From Octopus vulgaris (lineage: Eukaryota), in NCBI GenBank assembly GCA_951406725.2, contig OX597828.1:61504001-61568000 (forward strand): 64,000 bases of DNA, in the 5' to 3' direction. Both the position numbers and the translations under genes were made by a program. This document shows positions 27,653-41,504 of the stretch, in pieces. The notes under the pieces were generated by a model. The model saw nothing but the letters and a program-made list of their open reading frames with translations. It made no database searches and had not been told where the DNA came from. Position 1 is the stretch's first letter; each line of letters starts with the position of its first letter.

Positions 27653-28942
27653 CGAGGGGCGTTCAATAAGTAATGCCTCTGGCCCACTTGCAGTTTTTTG
27701 ATCTTGCTGAAATTTTGCATGTGAAATTATTGATATCTCTATATATTAAGTGGCAAATTACAGCTCTGAACTAATTGTGGTTTCTGATTTACAGGTGTTT
27801 GAACTGAGTCAAGTGTGAAATGGAGCCTGTTGAGTGTCGAACAGTGATACGGTTTTTGCATTTGAAAGGACGCACACCACGGGAGACTTTTGCTGAAATG
27901 AAAGTAACTTATGGTGATGATGCCCCATCATATGACCTTGTAAAACGCTGGCATCGTGAATTCAAACATGGTCGGAACTCTGTGGAAACAGCTCCCAGAT
28001 CTGGTCGCCCCACTTCTGCCATTGATGAGGTATCTGTCCGTCAAGTTGAGGCTGCCATTTTGGAAGATCGACGCATAACTATTCGCCAAATAGTCCATGA
28101 GGTCAAGATTAGTACCGGGTCTGTGGAAACTATCATTCATGACTATTTGCATATGCAAAAGGTGTCTGCCAGATGGATTCCCAGGTTGTTCACACCTTTC
28201 CAGAAGCAAGAACGCGTCGAGGGCTCGAGGATGAATTTTGAGATGTGCCAAGAAGATGAGTCAAACTTTCTCAAAAGACTGATTACACATGATGAAACCT
28301 GGGTCCATCACTATGATCCAGAGACCAAAGCCCAGTCAATGCAGTGGAGGCACCGTGACTCACCTTCTCCAAAGAAGGCAAGTGTGCAGCCCTCCACTGG
28401 CAAGATCATGCTCACAATCTTCTGGGACCAGGACGGAATAATGATGACAGATTTCCTGGCAAAGGATACCACAATTACAGGAGCCTTTATGCTTCACTTT
28501 TGAGGAAATTAAGAGAAGCTATCAAAATCAAGAGGCGGGGCAATATCAGCAAAGGCATCCTCCTCCTGCAGGACAACGCTCCGGTCCACAACTCGCGTGT
28601 CGCCAGATCAGAAGCACAGGCGTGCGGCTATGAACTCCTCCCCATCCCCCTACTCTCTTGACCTTGCACCCTCTGATTTTCATCTCTTCCCAGCCATAAA
28701 GTTGTTTTTGAAAGGAAAGCGTTTCCCAGATGATGCAGCCTTGATTTCTGAAGTTACGTCGTGGTTGGAGGACCAAGCTAGGGTCTTCTACAAAAACGGT
28801 CTCCAGAGCTGCATCAAACGATGGGAGAAAGGCGTAACTCTGGGTGGTTCCTATGTAGAAAAAGACTAATAACTGCGCCAAGTTTCGTTGCTCTACTACT
28901 ATGGGAAGTGGGTCAGGGGCATTACTTATTGAACGCCCCTCG
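27653..28942 (+). mobile_element. Full-length mariner (DD34D) transposon with a frameshifted transposase
   Basis: TA target duplication, TIR cgaggggcgttcaataagtaatgcc at both ends; motifs WIPRL, ITHDETWVH, LLQDNAPVH and PYSLDLAPSDFHLF. Confidence 0.96.
27820..28869 (+). pseudogene. Mariner transposase with about two frameshifts
   Basis: ORF 27820-28503 (HTH plus first catalytic D) continues in other frames to YVEKD at 28869. Confidence 0.9.
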
Positions 28943-29041
28943 TACATACGTTCTTCTTTTTATCCATAATAGATTTCCCATGGCATTTTCATCCTTTTTT
29001 ACACACACGGACGAATGCACGCACACTGATCGTACCTCCTA

Positions 29042-29105
<64 letters not shown>

Positions 29106-29142
29106 TGTAAGTAATCAATATATATCTATTTCAAAGCGTTGT

Positions 29143-29177
<35 letters not shown>

Positions 29178-29726
29178 ACTTATATAAAATATTTACGCAT
29201 ACAAACTTACAATTATTATATATACCCATGCGACAACATAAGTCAACAATGGTCGCACAGACATACACATGCATAAACATGCATTGATTTGTGTGGGCTG
29301 TGTGATACAAGCATACATGAACTGTCTTCACATCTCTACACTGACAAATGGAAAACACGGGAAAGAGTACATATAATGTCACAGCTTCTCTGGTCAAAGA
29401 GAAAAAAAGGTCAGTAACTGTCTGACCTAGAGAATTATAAACATTGCGGCGAGACAAAGCACTTGGAGAAGGTCACCTATCGGTTAGTTTGTTAACTCGG
29501 ATTGGTTTTGCTAATCTCCTTAGCCTATAGTGGCCTAGCAGGGCTTACGGAAAGCAAAAGTGTAAGAATAAGAGGCGACAGCCAGATGAAGCGATGAAAG
29601 AATTTTAATCCCTTATCGATGGTGTTGACCACGTCCAATGTTGGTTGAATGCTCGGCAAACATACTGTCTCATGGCGTCTGTTTACTCGATGCTGCTTTC
29701 AGCTATGTTACCGCTAAATCTCTTAC

Positions 29727-29784
<58 letters not shown>

Positions 29785-30090
29785 CACACACAAATACACA
29801 CACACACACGCCCATACATACACGTGCTTACATACATTCGCACATGCGTGTGTATGTACCAATGTTTGTATATATATGTGTGTGTGTGTGCATTTGTATG
29901 TGTGTATATTTGTGCGTGTGTATGTAGTTGTGTATGTGTGTGTGCATGTCTCGTCGTAGTTTTTGATAAGTTTTGTATATTTCGAATCATTATGATCAAC
30001 TGTAACACTTTATCAGGATTCTCAAGTATGACCAAGTGACGGAAGTCAGTGAAAGAATTAAAGATTATAAATACATACATACATACGAAC

Positions 30091-30141
<51 letters not shown>

Positions 30142-30166
30142 AATTCGACATTTACGTATATATACG

Positions 30167-30239
<73 letters not shown>

Positions 30240-30243
<4 letters not shown>

Positions 30244-30426
30244 ATTTAGGAATGGTCATTTTGCCAGTTTAGCCAATAAAAACACGCACTATATGTACAA
30301 CACTGAAGCAAAGTGACACCAAATATATAGTGCGTGTGTTTTTTATTGGCTAAACTGGCAAAATGACCATTCCGAAATACAATGATATCTGTTTCAACAC
30401 ACGATTTCACATCAAAAATCTTGAAA

Positions 30427-30432
<6 letters not shown>
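30240..30432 (+). mobile_element. Fold-back element (about 55-bp inverted arms plus 3' extension) in (TA)n
   Basis: tgtatttaggaatggtcattttgccagtttagccaataaaaacacgcactatat versus its reverse complement at about 30325-30381. Confidence 0.75.
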
Positions 30433-30491
<59 letters not shown>

Positions 30492-30694
30492 AGATAAGAA
30501 AATGGAGAAATACATCTAAATGAAATATCAATTACACGATAATACTCAATCACATACTTTATTAAACCACCACATAAGAGACTGTAGGGTTACATATAAA
30601 AAGCAGAACAAATCAGTGTACATACAGTAGTGTACATAAAAAAGTGTACATAAAAGAGTAATGATGTATAATAAGTAGAATATATATATATATA

Positions 30695-31097
30695 GAAGTG
30701 GCTGTGTGGTAAGTAGCTTGCTAACCAGCCACATGGTTCCGGGTTCAGTCCCACTACGTGGCATCTTGGGCAAGTGTCTTCTGCTATAGCCCCGGGCCGA
30801 CCAATGCCTTGTGAGTGGATTTGGTAGACGGAAACTGAAAGAAACCTGTCGTATATATGTATATATATATATGTGTGTATGTGTGTGTGTGCTTGTGTCT
30901 CTGTGTTTGTCCCCCTAGCATTACTTGTCAACCGATGCTGGTATGTTTACGTCCCCGTCACTTAGCGGTTCGGCAAAAAGAGACCGATAGAATAAGTACT
31001 GGGCTTACAAAGAATAAGTCCCGATTTGCTCGACTAAAGACGGTGCTCCAGCATGGCCGCAGTTAAATGACTGAAACAAGTAAAAGAGTAAAAGAGT
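30695..31097 (+). mobile_element. SINE family A, full length
   Basis: Matches 3431-3852. Confidence 0.9.
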
Positions 31098-31166
31098 ATA
31101 TATACGTAAATGTAGAACGACGAGAATGAGTGCTCAACATCGCAATCTATAAACAAATATATATGC

Positions 31167-31313
31167 AGGCGTGGGTATGTGATAAGAAACTTGCTTCTCA
31201 ATCATATGGTTCCGGGTTCAGTCCCATTGCGTGGCACCTTGGGCAAGTGTCTTCTTGAGCCGACCATAGTCTAGGGAGTGGATTTGGTAGAAGGAAACTG
31301 AAAGAAGAACGTC
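31167..31313 (+). mobile_element. SINE family A, 5' half
   Basis: ggttccgggttcagtccc ... ggatttggtag. Confidence 0.8.
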
Positions 31314-31351
31314 ATATATGTATGTATATATATATATATATATATATAAGT

Positions 31352-31866
31352 TTTTTTCAGAATGGGATAAAAACACCAAGGCTGTGAAGATTTTAGAACA
31401 TTTATAAATAGAAGGGCTTACAGCAGTTTCCAGGATATTTATTATATCCCTTCATCGGAGACGGTGTGAGAAAAATGGTTAAGCAATAGTTAATTTACAT
31501 AAGATGCGAAATAGAGAGTGAAGTGGAGGAAGGAAAAAATGTGAAATATGCAGGGATATTGCATTTGTAGATCCATTATTTAGGCAAAATGGTATACATA
31601 TAAGATTTCAATACCTTGTGAGTAAAATCGTATCTTAGCTAAATTAACTATTGCTTAACCATTTTCTCATACCGAATCCGATGAAGGGATATAATAAATA
31701 TCCTAGAAACAGCTGTAAGACCTTCTATTTATAAACGTTCTAAAATCTTCACAGACTTGGTTTTTTTTTATCTCCTTCTGAAAAGAAATTTTTTTTATAT
31801 ATACACACGCTGATATATGACCTACGGTGGACTCATTACTCGCATAATTACCGAACCTGAAGCTTA
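31352..31866 (+). mobile_element. PLE-type fold-back element with inverted pLTR arms, each carrying a hammerhead motif
   Basis: Arms about 31353-31510 and 31628-31785; CCGATGA-agggatataataaatatcct-GAAA-cagctg-TA-agac at 31674-31721, mirrored at 31415-31462. Confidence 0.8.
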
Positions 31867-31887
31867 ATATATATATATGTATGTATG

Positions 31888-31945
<58 letters not shown>

Positions 31946-31947
<2 letters not shown>

Positions 31948-32165
31948 CTCTTTTACGCTCTTACTCTTTTACTCTTTTACTTGTTTCAGCCATTTGACTG
32001 CGGCCATGCTGGACCACCGCCTTTAGTCGAGCAACTCGACCCCGGGACTTATTCTTTTTGTAAGCCCAGTACTTATTCTATCGGTCTCTTTTTGCCGAAC
32101 CGCTAAGTGACGGGGACGTAAACACACCAGCATCGGTTGTCAACAATGCTAGGGGAACAAACACA

Positions 32166-32215
<50 letters not shown>

Positions 32216-32356
32216 CGACAGGCTTCTTTCAGTTTCCGTCTACCAAATCCACTCACAAGGCATTGGTCGGCCCGGGGCTATAGCAGAAGACACTTGCCCA
32301 AGATGCCACCATGTGGCTGGTTAGCAAGCTACTTACCACACAGCCACTCCTGCGCC

Positions 32357-32357
<1 letters not shown>
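31946..32357 (-). mobile_element. SINE family A, near full length with an internal deletion in the head
   Basis: Reverse complement of 3431-3852. Confidence 0.9.
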
Positions 32358-32409
<52 letters not shown>

Positions 32410-33254
32410 ATATATATGTATCTATGTGTGCGTGTCTTTGTGTCCCCCACCAATGCTTGTGTGTGTTTATGTCCCCATAACTTAGCGTTTCGACAAAACA
32501 GACTGATGAAATAAGTACTAGGCTTGAGAAAAAAGTCATGGGGTCGATTTGTTTGACTAAAACCTTTCATGGAGGTGTCCCAGCATGACCACAGTCAAAT
32601 GACTGACACAAATAAAAGAAAACTAGATATAAATGAGAGTTTATGTGCTTATGTTTGTGTGTACAGTCCCAAAAGCCTTTTAAACTGTGAGTCCTTGAGA
32701 AAAATTAATCTGTTTCCTGAAATCTGCGTCCCAAAGAGAAAGCTGTCGTAAATAATAATAAAAAGAAAATATGATTTGCTACGAGAAATAACTCAATTTT
32801 TAGATCAACAAATTTCCTACTCTGTATCTATCACCATCTTTTACGCATTCCCCTCTCTATATACTTTTATCACACTCTTTATTACTCTCTCTCTATCTAT
32901 CTATCTCTATCTCCCTGTATATGTATTATCTTTCACATATGCTGCTCTCCCTCTCTCTCCTCATAAGGTTTCAGTTTGTTCAAAACCTCGTATTCTAATT
33001 TTACTTTCATTTTATGAATTACAACTATGACAAACATAACCTGATTTCTGATTGGATACAAAGCTCTGTGACATTTTTCAAAAAAGTTTTCCGGAATAAA
33101 TGAATCACAAAATCGGATTCAGCATGAAGAGTACATCAATATATCAAATTTGGAAACTTGATTTTAAAATTTCAAAATCTGTAACAACAGAAAATATCTC
33201 TCGCTCTATTTGTCTATCGCTTTTATTTTCGTTTTTCACATCATAAACTTCTTT

Positions 33255-33301
<47 letters not shown>

Positions 33302-34298
33302 CTTTCTGTCTCGCTCTCTCTCATTCTGCATTTGTATATCGCTCATGCTGTGTGTGTGTGTGTGTGTGTGTAAGGAATTTCATTAGGGCGACATAGTAAT
33401 ATTAAGATGTTATGCAGGAGATCATTTATTTTAATAGCATGCTTTTCTCTCAGTAAATACGTTTCATCTTGAACACACGCGCACCGAGATTCGTTTGGTG
33501 AAGGGTGGGTGTTAAAAATTGAATTTACAGATTTTTTTCTTATTGCTTAAATCCCAGTGATAGACCAGCCTCGAGCCAAAGAAAACCGTCACTTTGCATC
33601 ATCATTCCATAAAATGTGTTTATGGAGAGAAAAACGTTGAAAAACGTCAATACATGTTAGAGAGACAAAGGAACGAGAAAGATACCAGAAATACCTTAAA
33701 CCACACACCTTTTCGTATGAAAACTATTTTGAAATTATAAACAGAATCAAATAGCAGATTCTGACTGGCCGTATTTAAAAAAAATTTGATAAAAAGCCGA
33801 AATTTTAGGATTTATGAGAGGTAGGGGTGGAGTTAATGAAAAAAAATATTTAAAATTTCACTATTGTCTTTAAATTATGATTCAATTTTTTTTTTTTGCA
33901 AACAAAGAAAGTGGAGATTGTAATAGTAATCGCTGATTTTCAAATTTATTTTGTAACCGACAATGCTTCTCCCATCGTTTTTAAGTGCAAAAAAAAAAAA
34001 AAGAATAAGAAAATTGGCACAAATTGGTATCGAGCGGGGAATTCGAAAAAAATCATAAATTTTCAAAACCGATTTTTTTTTATCGAAAAGGTCTCTCACA
34101 TCGATTTAAGTGCGTTGTGCAAAAAAAAAAAAAAAAAAAAGAAAAAGGACATTTTTTTTTTCATGAAAACTTCCTACCATCATTTGTAAGGTTGTGATGA
34201 TAAAACAATGTTTGGAAAATCCCAGTCAAAACGGAGACAATCAAATTTATGTGGGCGTGCTATTCCGAAAGTCCGCAGGGCATGCGATTGTGAGAATT

Positions 34299-34326
34299 GC
34301 CCGGCAACGATGGGATACTCAGCTAG
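34299..34326 (+). mobile_element. Helitron-type 3' end (5' boundary unresolved)
   Basis: gcccggcaacgatggg hairpin, then CTAG followed by T. Confidence 0.55.
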
Positions 34327-35193
34327 TGTGTGTGTGTGTTTATAAATACACACACATATCATACGTATATATGTGTTATGTATATTTAACAACCACATGT
34401 ATGTCTATGCGTTCATACAGAAATACGTAAACACCATACCCTTCTATATGTACACACGTTTACCTACAATTTATGTACATTTGTAAACACGTACAAACAC
34501 ATAAATTTATACATATATATATCTAGTTGTGTTTATATTTAAAGGTGAGTATGTGTGTGTGTATTTACAAACACTGTGTAATACACACACACACATACAC
34601 ACACACAGACAAACACACACACACTTACATTCTCAGCTGTACACAAATATCTCATCGATAATCACATATTACTGACTGTCAGGTGCTTGAAATAAAGGCC
34701 CTCGCAAACAATAGATTTGATATCATGTTAAATAGAGTCAGTTGGTTGAATAAATCGGCAGGTGGTTGGGGATGTATGTAGTAAGGAGGGGAATGAAAGG
34801 CGTAAGTGGTCAGTTTTATGCTTGTATTGTATTAAATAAAATACAAGTCTCAATGCAAATTTACTGTGTAGTCAACTGCTGTTCAAACTTGATATCCCAG
34901 AAGTTTGATACAATTATCTCTAAGTATTCACAGCAACCCTGGTCACAGTGGTCAAAACAACAATAGCAGTTCATTCGACCAACGCACTAATTTTGTTTTG
35001 CTTTCGTTTTCATTTTAATCTCCGCCTCCTGGACTTTTGTATCATCGAATCCTAACATTGTTCTCTCTTGCTTTATTTTTATCCCTTCGAAATTGATTAA
35101 TATAAAGTAGCGGTGATGTATTCCTGGATGATTCGACCACTAAACTATTCCGGTAGCTGGGGCTTCTACCAGAAATCATCGCCCGCGTCTCCG

Positions 35194-35257
<64 letters not shown>

Positions 35258-35309
35258 TAATTCTTGTTGCTGTTGTCTCCAATATAATATGCTGATTTTT
35301 ACATAAATG

Positions 35310-35890
35310 CAACAAATCATTGTCTACTGTAACCCAAAAGTATTCTATTCATATACCAATAAACATAAGACAGCAGTCTCATCCGTTGTTCCACTGATTG
35401 ATGGTAACATCATTCTGTCCAATGATGCTAAAAAAAATGGCAGAAGTACTGTTTTGTCTTTAGTAATCCCACCGAAATTGACTCAAGAGATCTGAACGAA
35501 CTCAATCCTCAACATAATTTTTTACTATTTCAGACATCATGGCAGTAATCAATGAAATCAAGTATTATTCTGCAGAATGCCCTGTTAGACTCCCCACGTG
35601 TATTTGAAGGAATGCAGACACCATCTTGCATCCCTTCTAACTAGCCTCTAGAGAAATTCTTTGGTCTAAGGCTATGTAACGAAACAGTTCTTATCCCAAT
35701 CTGTCATCCCAGTTTTCAAAAAGGGAACCATATCTTTTGCAGTTAACAATCGCCTAATTTCACTCACCTCCCATCCAGTCAAAGTTTTTGTAAGGGTGGT
35801 GGGATTAAGGATAACTGGCTTCCCGGAAAGTCACCATCTTCTAAATTCCAGCAATATGGCTTTCGCTGCGGCAGGGACTGCCTAGCACAG
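35310..35890 (+). mobile_element. Decayed CR1/L2/Jockey-type LINE RT fragment
   Basis: NPKVFYSY...VIPVFKKG...RLISLTSHPVKVFVRVV...GFRCGRDCL. Confidence 0.7.
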
Positions 35891-35929
35891 CATTTACATC
35901 ACAAGTACAACCTATCGGTCTCACTCTTA

Positions 35930-36790
35930 GGGTGGAAGGCTCTGTGTACTGTCTGCAGAAATACTCCATCCTCAGTTGCTCTTTCATTTCCTTCTCCATT
36001 ATCTCGTTGAACACCAAGCTATTTGTATTCTTCCGTTTCAATTTGTTTAATCAGATCTCTGTTCGGAAATTCTATCCCTGCTAGGGACTATACCTTGCCC
36101 ATTTCTGCGTAGATTATTCCACACTTCTTGAGTCCAAATTCCATTCTAATACTAGTACTAAAACAGTGAACCGTGTTCACCAAGTAACTCACTTGTGTCT
36201 CATCTTTGCCATACAGTTTCAAATCACCCATGAAGAGGAGGTGGTTGATTGTTTGCGATTTTCCCTTTAGTTGGTACTCTAGGTTCATTTTTCTTAAGTA
36301 CCAAAGTCAGGGTATCACGCAGGGAATCAAAAGCAACGGAGATAGTCTATCACTCTGGAAAATCCATCTTCTGATACCCACGGTGCCCAAGCTTTTTCCT
36401 TAAGATGTCAGTTCAGTTTTCCATCTCACCATATCTTACTTCAGGATGCAGAAGTATACATATATTCAGGGATGTATCAACATTTGAGGTATTTTTTTCT
36501 CAAGATATACACACTTCTCAGCAGGGCAATCTTTTGCAATTCGTGCGGGCTGGATACTTTGAAAGACTTTCTTTCAATAATGTTTTATGCTACTAAGAGT
36601 CGCAGTTATTATCACATCTCTTCTTGGTTTGTAAACAGCTCTGCAATTTTGAAAGCCTTGTCTCCACATTCTTGAGTTTAGTAACTTTGCTTGATTGCTT
36701 GATCGTGGTGTTTCTGTTTACTAAGCATAACATGAGAATCATGTGGTGAATCATCTTTTCGTATCTAGAGACTACGGCGTGCTGGTTTGC
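35930..36790 (-). mobile_element. Decayed R4/Dong-like RT fragment
   Basis: INHLLFMGDLKLYGK...MEFGLKKC, homologous to the ORF at 7366-7731. Confidence 0.8.
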
Positions 36791-38003
36791 AGTTCGTCTT
36801 AACCCAACATATCTCCCAGTAGTTATTCAACTTTTTCGTGGATTTTAGTCACTTATCAATATTGTGTAGATATAATGCCACATGTTTATTTGGAAGTTAG
36901 CATACAGTCGGTTAAAAGAATAAAGGAAATATGTAAACGCAAATCAAGTTTTTATAAAGGATTATGAACTGTAAACAAGTGAAAGTATTAAAAACGAATT
37001 AAAGTAAAATATATTTAAAATATTACTCAAACTTCAAAACTAAAGAAAAAAGTTCCTTATTCAAAGTGGTCTCTAATGTAAAATGAAAGCTTACATACAA
37101 ATTAATTGGTCAGTGAAGTTCGTGGTAAATAGATTGTAGTGTGTGAATACAAAATCAGTCTCTTGTCCTGGTTGGAAAGGCGAAACATGCTGAATAGTTT
37201 GGATAAGCTTTAGACCATTCAAATGTAAATAAAATACTTATTTCTTTTAAAACAAAAGGCACATTTTATGCAGCGGGGATAATCTAAAAGAAAACCAACG
37301 AAGAATGTAATATAGAAACTGTTTATTTATAACACTCGACGAATTTGATTTTACCGGTCGCAGTGTTGGTGGTGGCTAGTAAGACGGATCGGTTCTGGTC
37401 AAATGATTAATCAAACGATAAGTATATTTTCGAAGTGTGTACTTATTTATAACACACAAAACTACAGTTTACAAACTCTAAGCTGTAAGGATAATCATTC
37501 TACTAATGAGCTGCTGCCAAAATTGTGTAATTTAACTTCTTAGAGATTGCAAAATGCAAACATGATTGCAAATAGAACAATTCAGATATGGTGTTAATAT
37601 GGTGTTAATCACTTGGATTTCTGTATCAATATTTATCTAACGTTTCTTCATTAGAACTTATACAATTTAATTAATTTACACACAATATTTATTAAGTATA
37701 GTAGTAGAAAGACCGCTAGTTCCTTGATAATATTTTCACATTTGACTCCTATTTCTAATAATTTTTATATTTTACGTCTAATTATTTCTTTGCATAATAG
37801 TGCTCGCTTGCTTAGTAAATATTGCTTCGTTATTTTATCACAGTCATAATCTCTCTTTTTTTAAACATCACGGCAGTCCAGCAACAGAGGAAGAAGCAGT
37901 TTGTCAAGTTTTACCTTCCCCTCAAAGCAACATAAAGATTTCAGTTTAGCATCTCATCTGTTTGCAGTGTATGTGTGTGTATGTGTGTTGTGTGTGTGTT
38001 GTG

Positions 38004-38050
<47 letters not shown>

Positions 38051-38767
38051 TGAGAGAGAGAGAGAGAAAGCATTGCAAGAAATAAAAAAAAATGTATAAA
38101 TAAAAGGACATGACTACAAATCTATCCGCCTCCGACTTTGTTGCCTCATAACATCCAGAAAAATGGATACTTTTTAACAACATTTTCTACAAATACCGCT
38201 TAGTCGTTGTGGCTTCAGAGTATTTAGCGTTTTATGGGAAAGAATTTTTGCGAGGGGATGGAGAGAGGAGTTTCAGAAAATACACACGATCTGACTTTTT
38301 CCCTCATAACTTTCAGGAAGATGGGTATCTTTTAATGACAATTTATACAAATCCCTTTCAAATGGTATAGATTACGATAATGAATTTGTGGGGAAAAGGT
38401 TTTTCAATATTTCCCCCCATAAATACATTGATATGCTATAAAAATGAAAATTTGAGAGATTATGAATTCTTTGCAACCCCACTCCCTGCTCCCAGTTGAT
38501 TCTCTTCAGAAATGAAAATATTGGAGAGCCTGAGAAGGTCATTGCTGGCATTTATCCAGAGTTATTTTAAAAGATTACGGAGATGTACTTGCATAGCAAG
38601 TGACTTGATCTGAGATCGTGTGCTGAAACGAAAACAACTGCAGCGTTGGTTTCACTTCAACATTACAACTTCATTTGGATCAAAATATTTTCGTCGCTTT
38701 GAAACCATGACCTGTTCACTGACAAAACTTCACAAAAGTGATGCAGCGCGAAGTTTTATCAGTGAAT

Positions 38768-38811
<44 letters not shown>

Positions 38812-39378
38812 TGAAATCTCGCACGCACGGATACACACACACACACACACACATACATGAAATCTCGCACGCACGGATACACACACACACACACACACAT
38901 TCATTGCCTTTCGTTTGTGCGTATGTATATCTATGTGTGCGCGCGAGTGTGTTTTAGTGTGTGTGTGTGTTTGGAAACTGTGAATAAAATGCAAGTTTCG
39001 AGTACTTGTCGGTCACTTTTTGTTTTTTTCTCCACGTCTTCTAATAGCAATTACCCAACTTTCTATCCCGCGTTAAAAATTTATACGGTTATTTTAAAAA
39101 AAATAATTCAATAAATAATGTTTTTACATTACGTATATATTAATAGCGAATTAAGTGAGACTTTGCAAATGAAAATGAAATACTCTGCTGTGAATCAACG
39201 TATATTTAAATTTGTGATGAATTGGACGCAGTGAATATTTAAATTTACGAGAAATTGGAGTTAAAAGAACTCAGTAAACTTGAGAAATCGAAATAATAGG
39301 AAATCCAATAGTACTTTTAATAATTGTTTCGTACCCAATTAATAAGCAGCTTTCTCCACTCTACATATGTACACACAA

Positions 39379-39660
39379 AGGCGCATGACTTAGTGGTTAG
39401 GGCATTCGGTTCACGATCGTAAGTTCAATTCCCAGTGACACGCTGTGTCCTTGAGCAAGATACTTTATATGAGCAGTACTTATATTTCAAAGGGCTAGCC
39501 TTATCACATTCTGTGTCACGCTGAATCTCCCTGAGAACTACGATATGGGTACAAGTGTCTGTTGAGTGCTTAGGCATTGCACGTTAATTTCACGAGCAAA
39601 CTGTTCCGTTGATCGTATCAGCTGGAACCCACGTCGTCGTAACCGAGACGGAGTGCTCTA
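39379..39660 (+). mobile_element. Degraded tRNA-derived SINE
   Basis: ggcgcatgacttagtggttaggg ... gttcaattccc ... gtgtccttgagcaaga. Confidence 0.7.
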
Positions 39661-41504
39661 TATGTATATGTATATAATTTAAGAACACATACACACATAT
39701 ATTAGTTTCAGCAGCGGCCACGCTTTAGTCAATCAATAGCATAGTATATATTTTATCGATTATATTGTCGAATCACTTGGTTAAGGAAATTAAAGAGACA
39801 AAACAGTGGAAAATCACTTATATTTAAATCGTTGTAAACGTAAACACACCACGGACACAACACACATATATATACATACACACACACAACCCACATATAT
39901 ACACACAACACACATATATATGTTGCGTGTGTACAGACACACGACACACATACACAGTAAAAAAGACATTATTATATATCTTTTCCTTATTGAAGATGGT
40001 AGCTGTGATTTAACGGAGATATGTCTGCTACTACAAGCAGATCGAGAACCAGACGGAGACTCTCTCATTCACATTTGTGTGTGTTTGTGTGTGTTTGTGT
40101 GTGCGCACGCGTGTGTATGCACGCGCGCGTTTGTTTGTGTGTGTGGCGGGGAATATATAAAACATTTAATTTAGATAGAAAGTCCAATGAGAAAAGAATT
40201 CACAGCCTGTGAGATTCACGTATCGTGAATATAAGCAGGGGAATCAATACGAATAAAAGGCGACACAAGTGCGAGTAAAGAAACATTGCCTTAGTTTGTT
40301 TTGGTTAGAGTTTGAGAGAAACAATATATAGAAGGAACAAAAGAAAAATATATTGATGTTAGATTTTTTTTTAAATAAAGAAAAAAAACAGTGAAGTTTA
40401 AACATAAAATATAGAATTACTTCAGCATTTAGACTGGCGTTTCTTGAATGTAACGGGATTGTAACATTAGCTGAGTAAAAGAAGGAAAAAGATCAAGTGT
40501 CATTTTGCTGTCGTCTCTGCTGCAAGGTATCGTTGACTTATAAGTAGAGAAGAACGACGAAGAAACTTAGTAGGCTACAAAATGCTTTTTTCACGTAGAC
40601 CACACATTAAAACTTTTCTTAAGGCGGCTACGCTTTGCACGCATCCAATGAAGAGAAGAGAGCTACCACCAACAGCTTCAGTTGGCCGTTATGTTATTCC
40701 GTCGGGTGAGAATTCTGTTGTAATGTTCCGCAAAGTTTCAATAAGACTGATTGACACTTGCGTTTATTTAATTCTGTAGATCTTTTTTATAAAACCACAC
40801 TCCTTCATTTATAAACAACTACCTTCAAGTATATAGTTGTGAGCATGTGTATGTGTTTGAGTGCGTGCGTGTGTGTGTGTGAGTGTGTACATGTGTGTGA
40901 GTGTGTACATTTCTCCCGGTTGGTTTGGATGATGTGGCTGTAAAACCTGTTCTGTGTAAGTATTCGACTTGTTTGGGCACACTTACGTTAAAAAACAATT
41001 TTAGAATGACTTTTTCTGTCAAAACACTAACCAAAAAAAAAAAAAAAAAATTCCAACCAAGATTCAACCAAATCAAAAAATAAATCCAAATCCTAAGCGA
41101 CCACAGATGAACCATCCTACATCCATTGCGCGCGAACATGCACACATACACAAACACACACATTCACATACCCCCTTTTACATACACACACATATATTCA
41201 CACAGAGTTGAAACGCTGTTTGATATATTTTTCAGCGTACAGTTTTTATCATCCCACTACCAAGTATGACATCACCCCTTCCTTCCCTATTCATCTATAA
41301 CCCCTTCCTTTCTCATTCATAAACACAAGAGTATTATTATAGTAGATTATCTCGGTAATCATGTGAGCAATGAAAAATGCAAAGCCCAGCATCACCACCG
41401 AATTATTCTACACATCTGTGTAATTTTTAGCTCAATTCCACCCAGCCATTTGACCGTGAATGCCAAGACAAGAAAGATCGCCCATGTCAAATTCATATGT
41501 ATAG

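Noticed and set aside
38771-38900. Short tandem duplication (catgaaatctcgcacgcacggatac twice)
   Set aside because: Ordinary slippage within (CA)n; not a CRISPR-like or regular array
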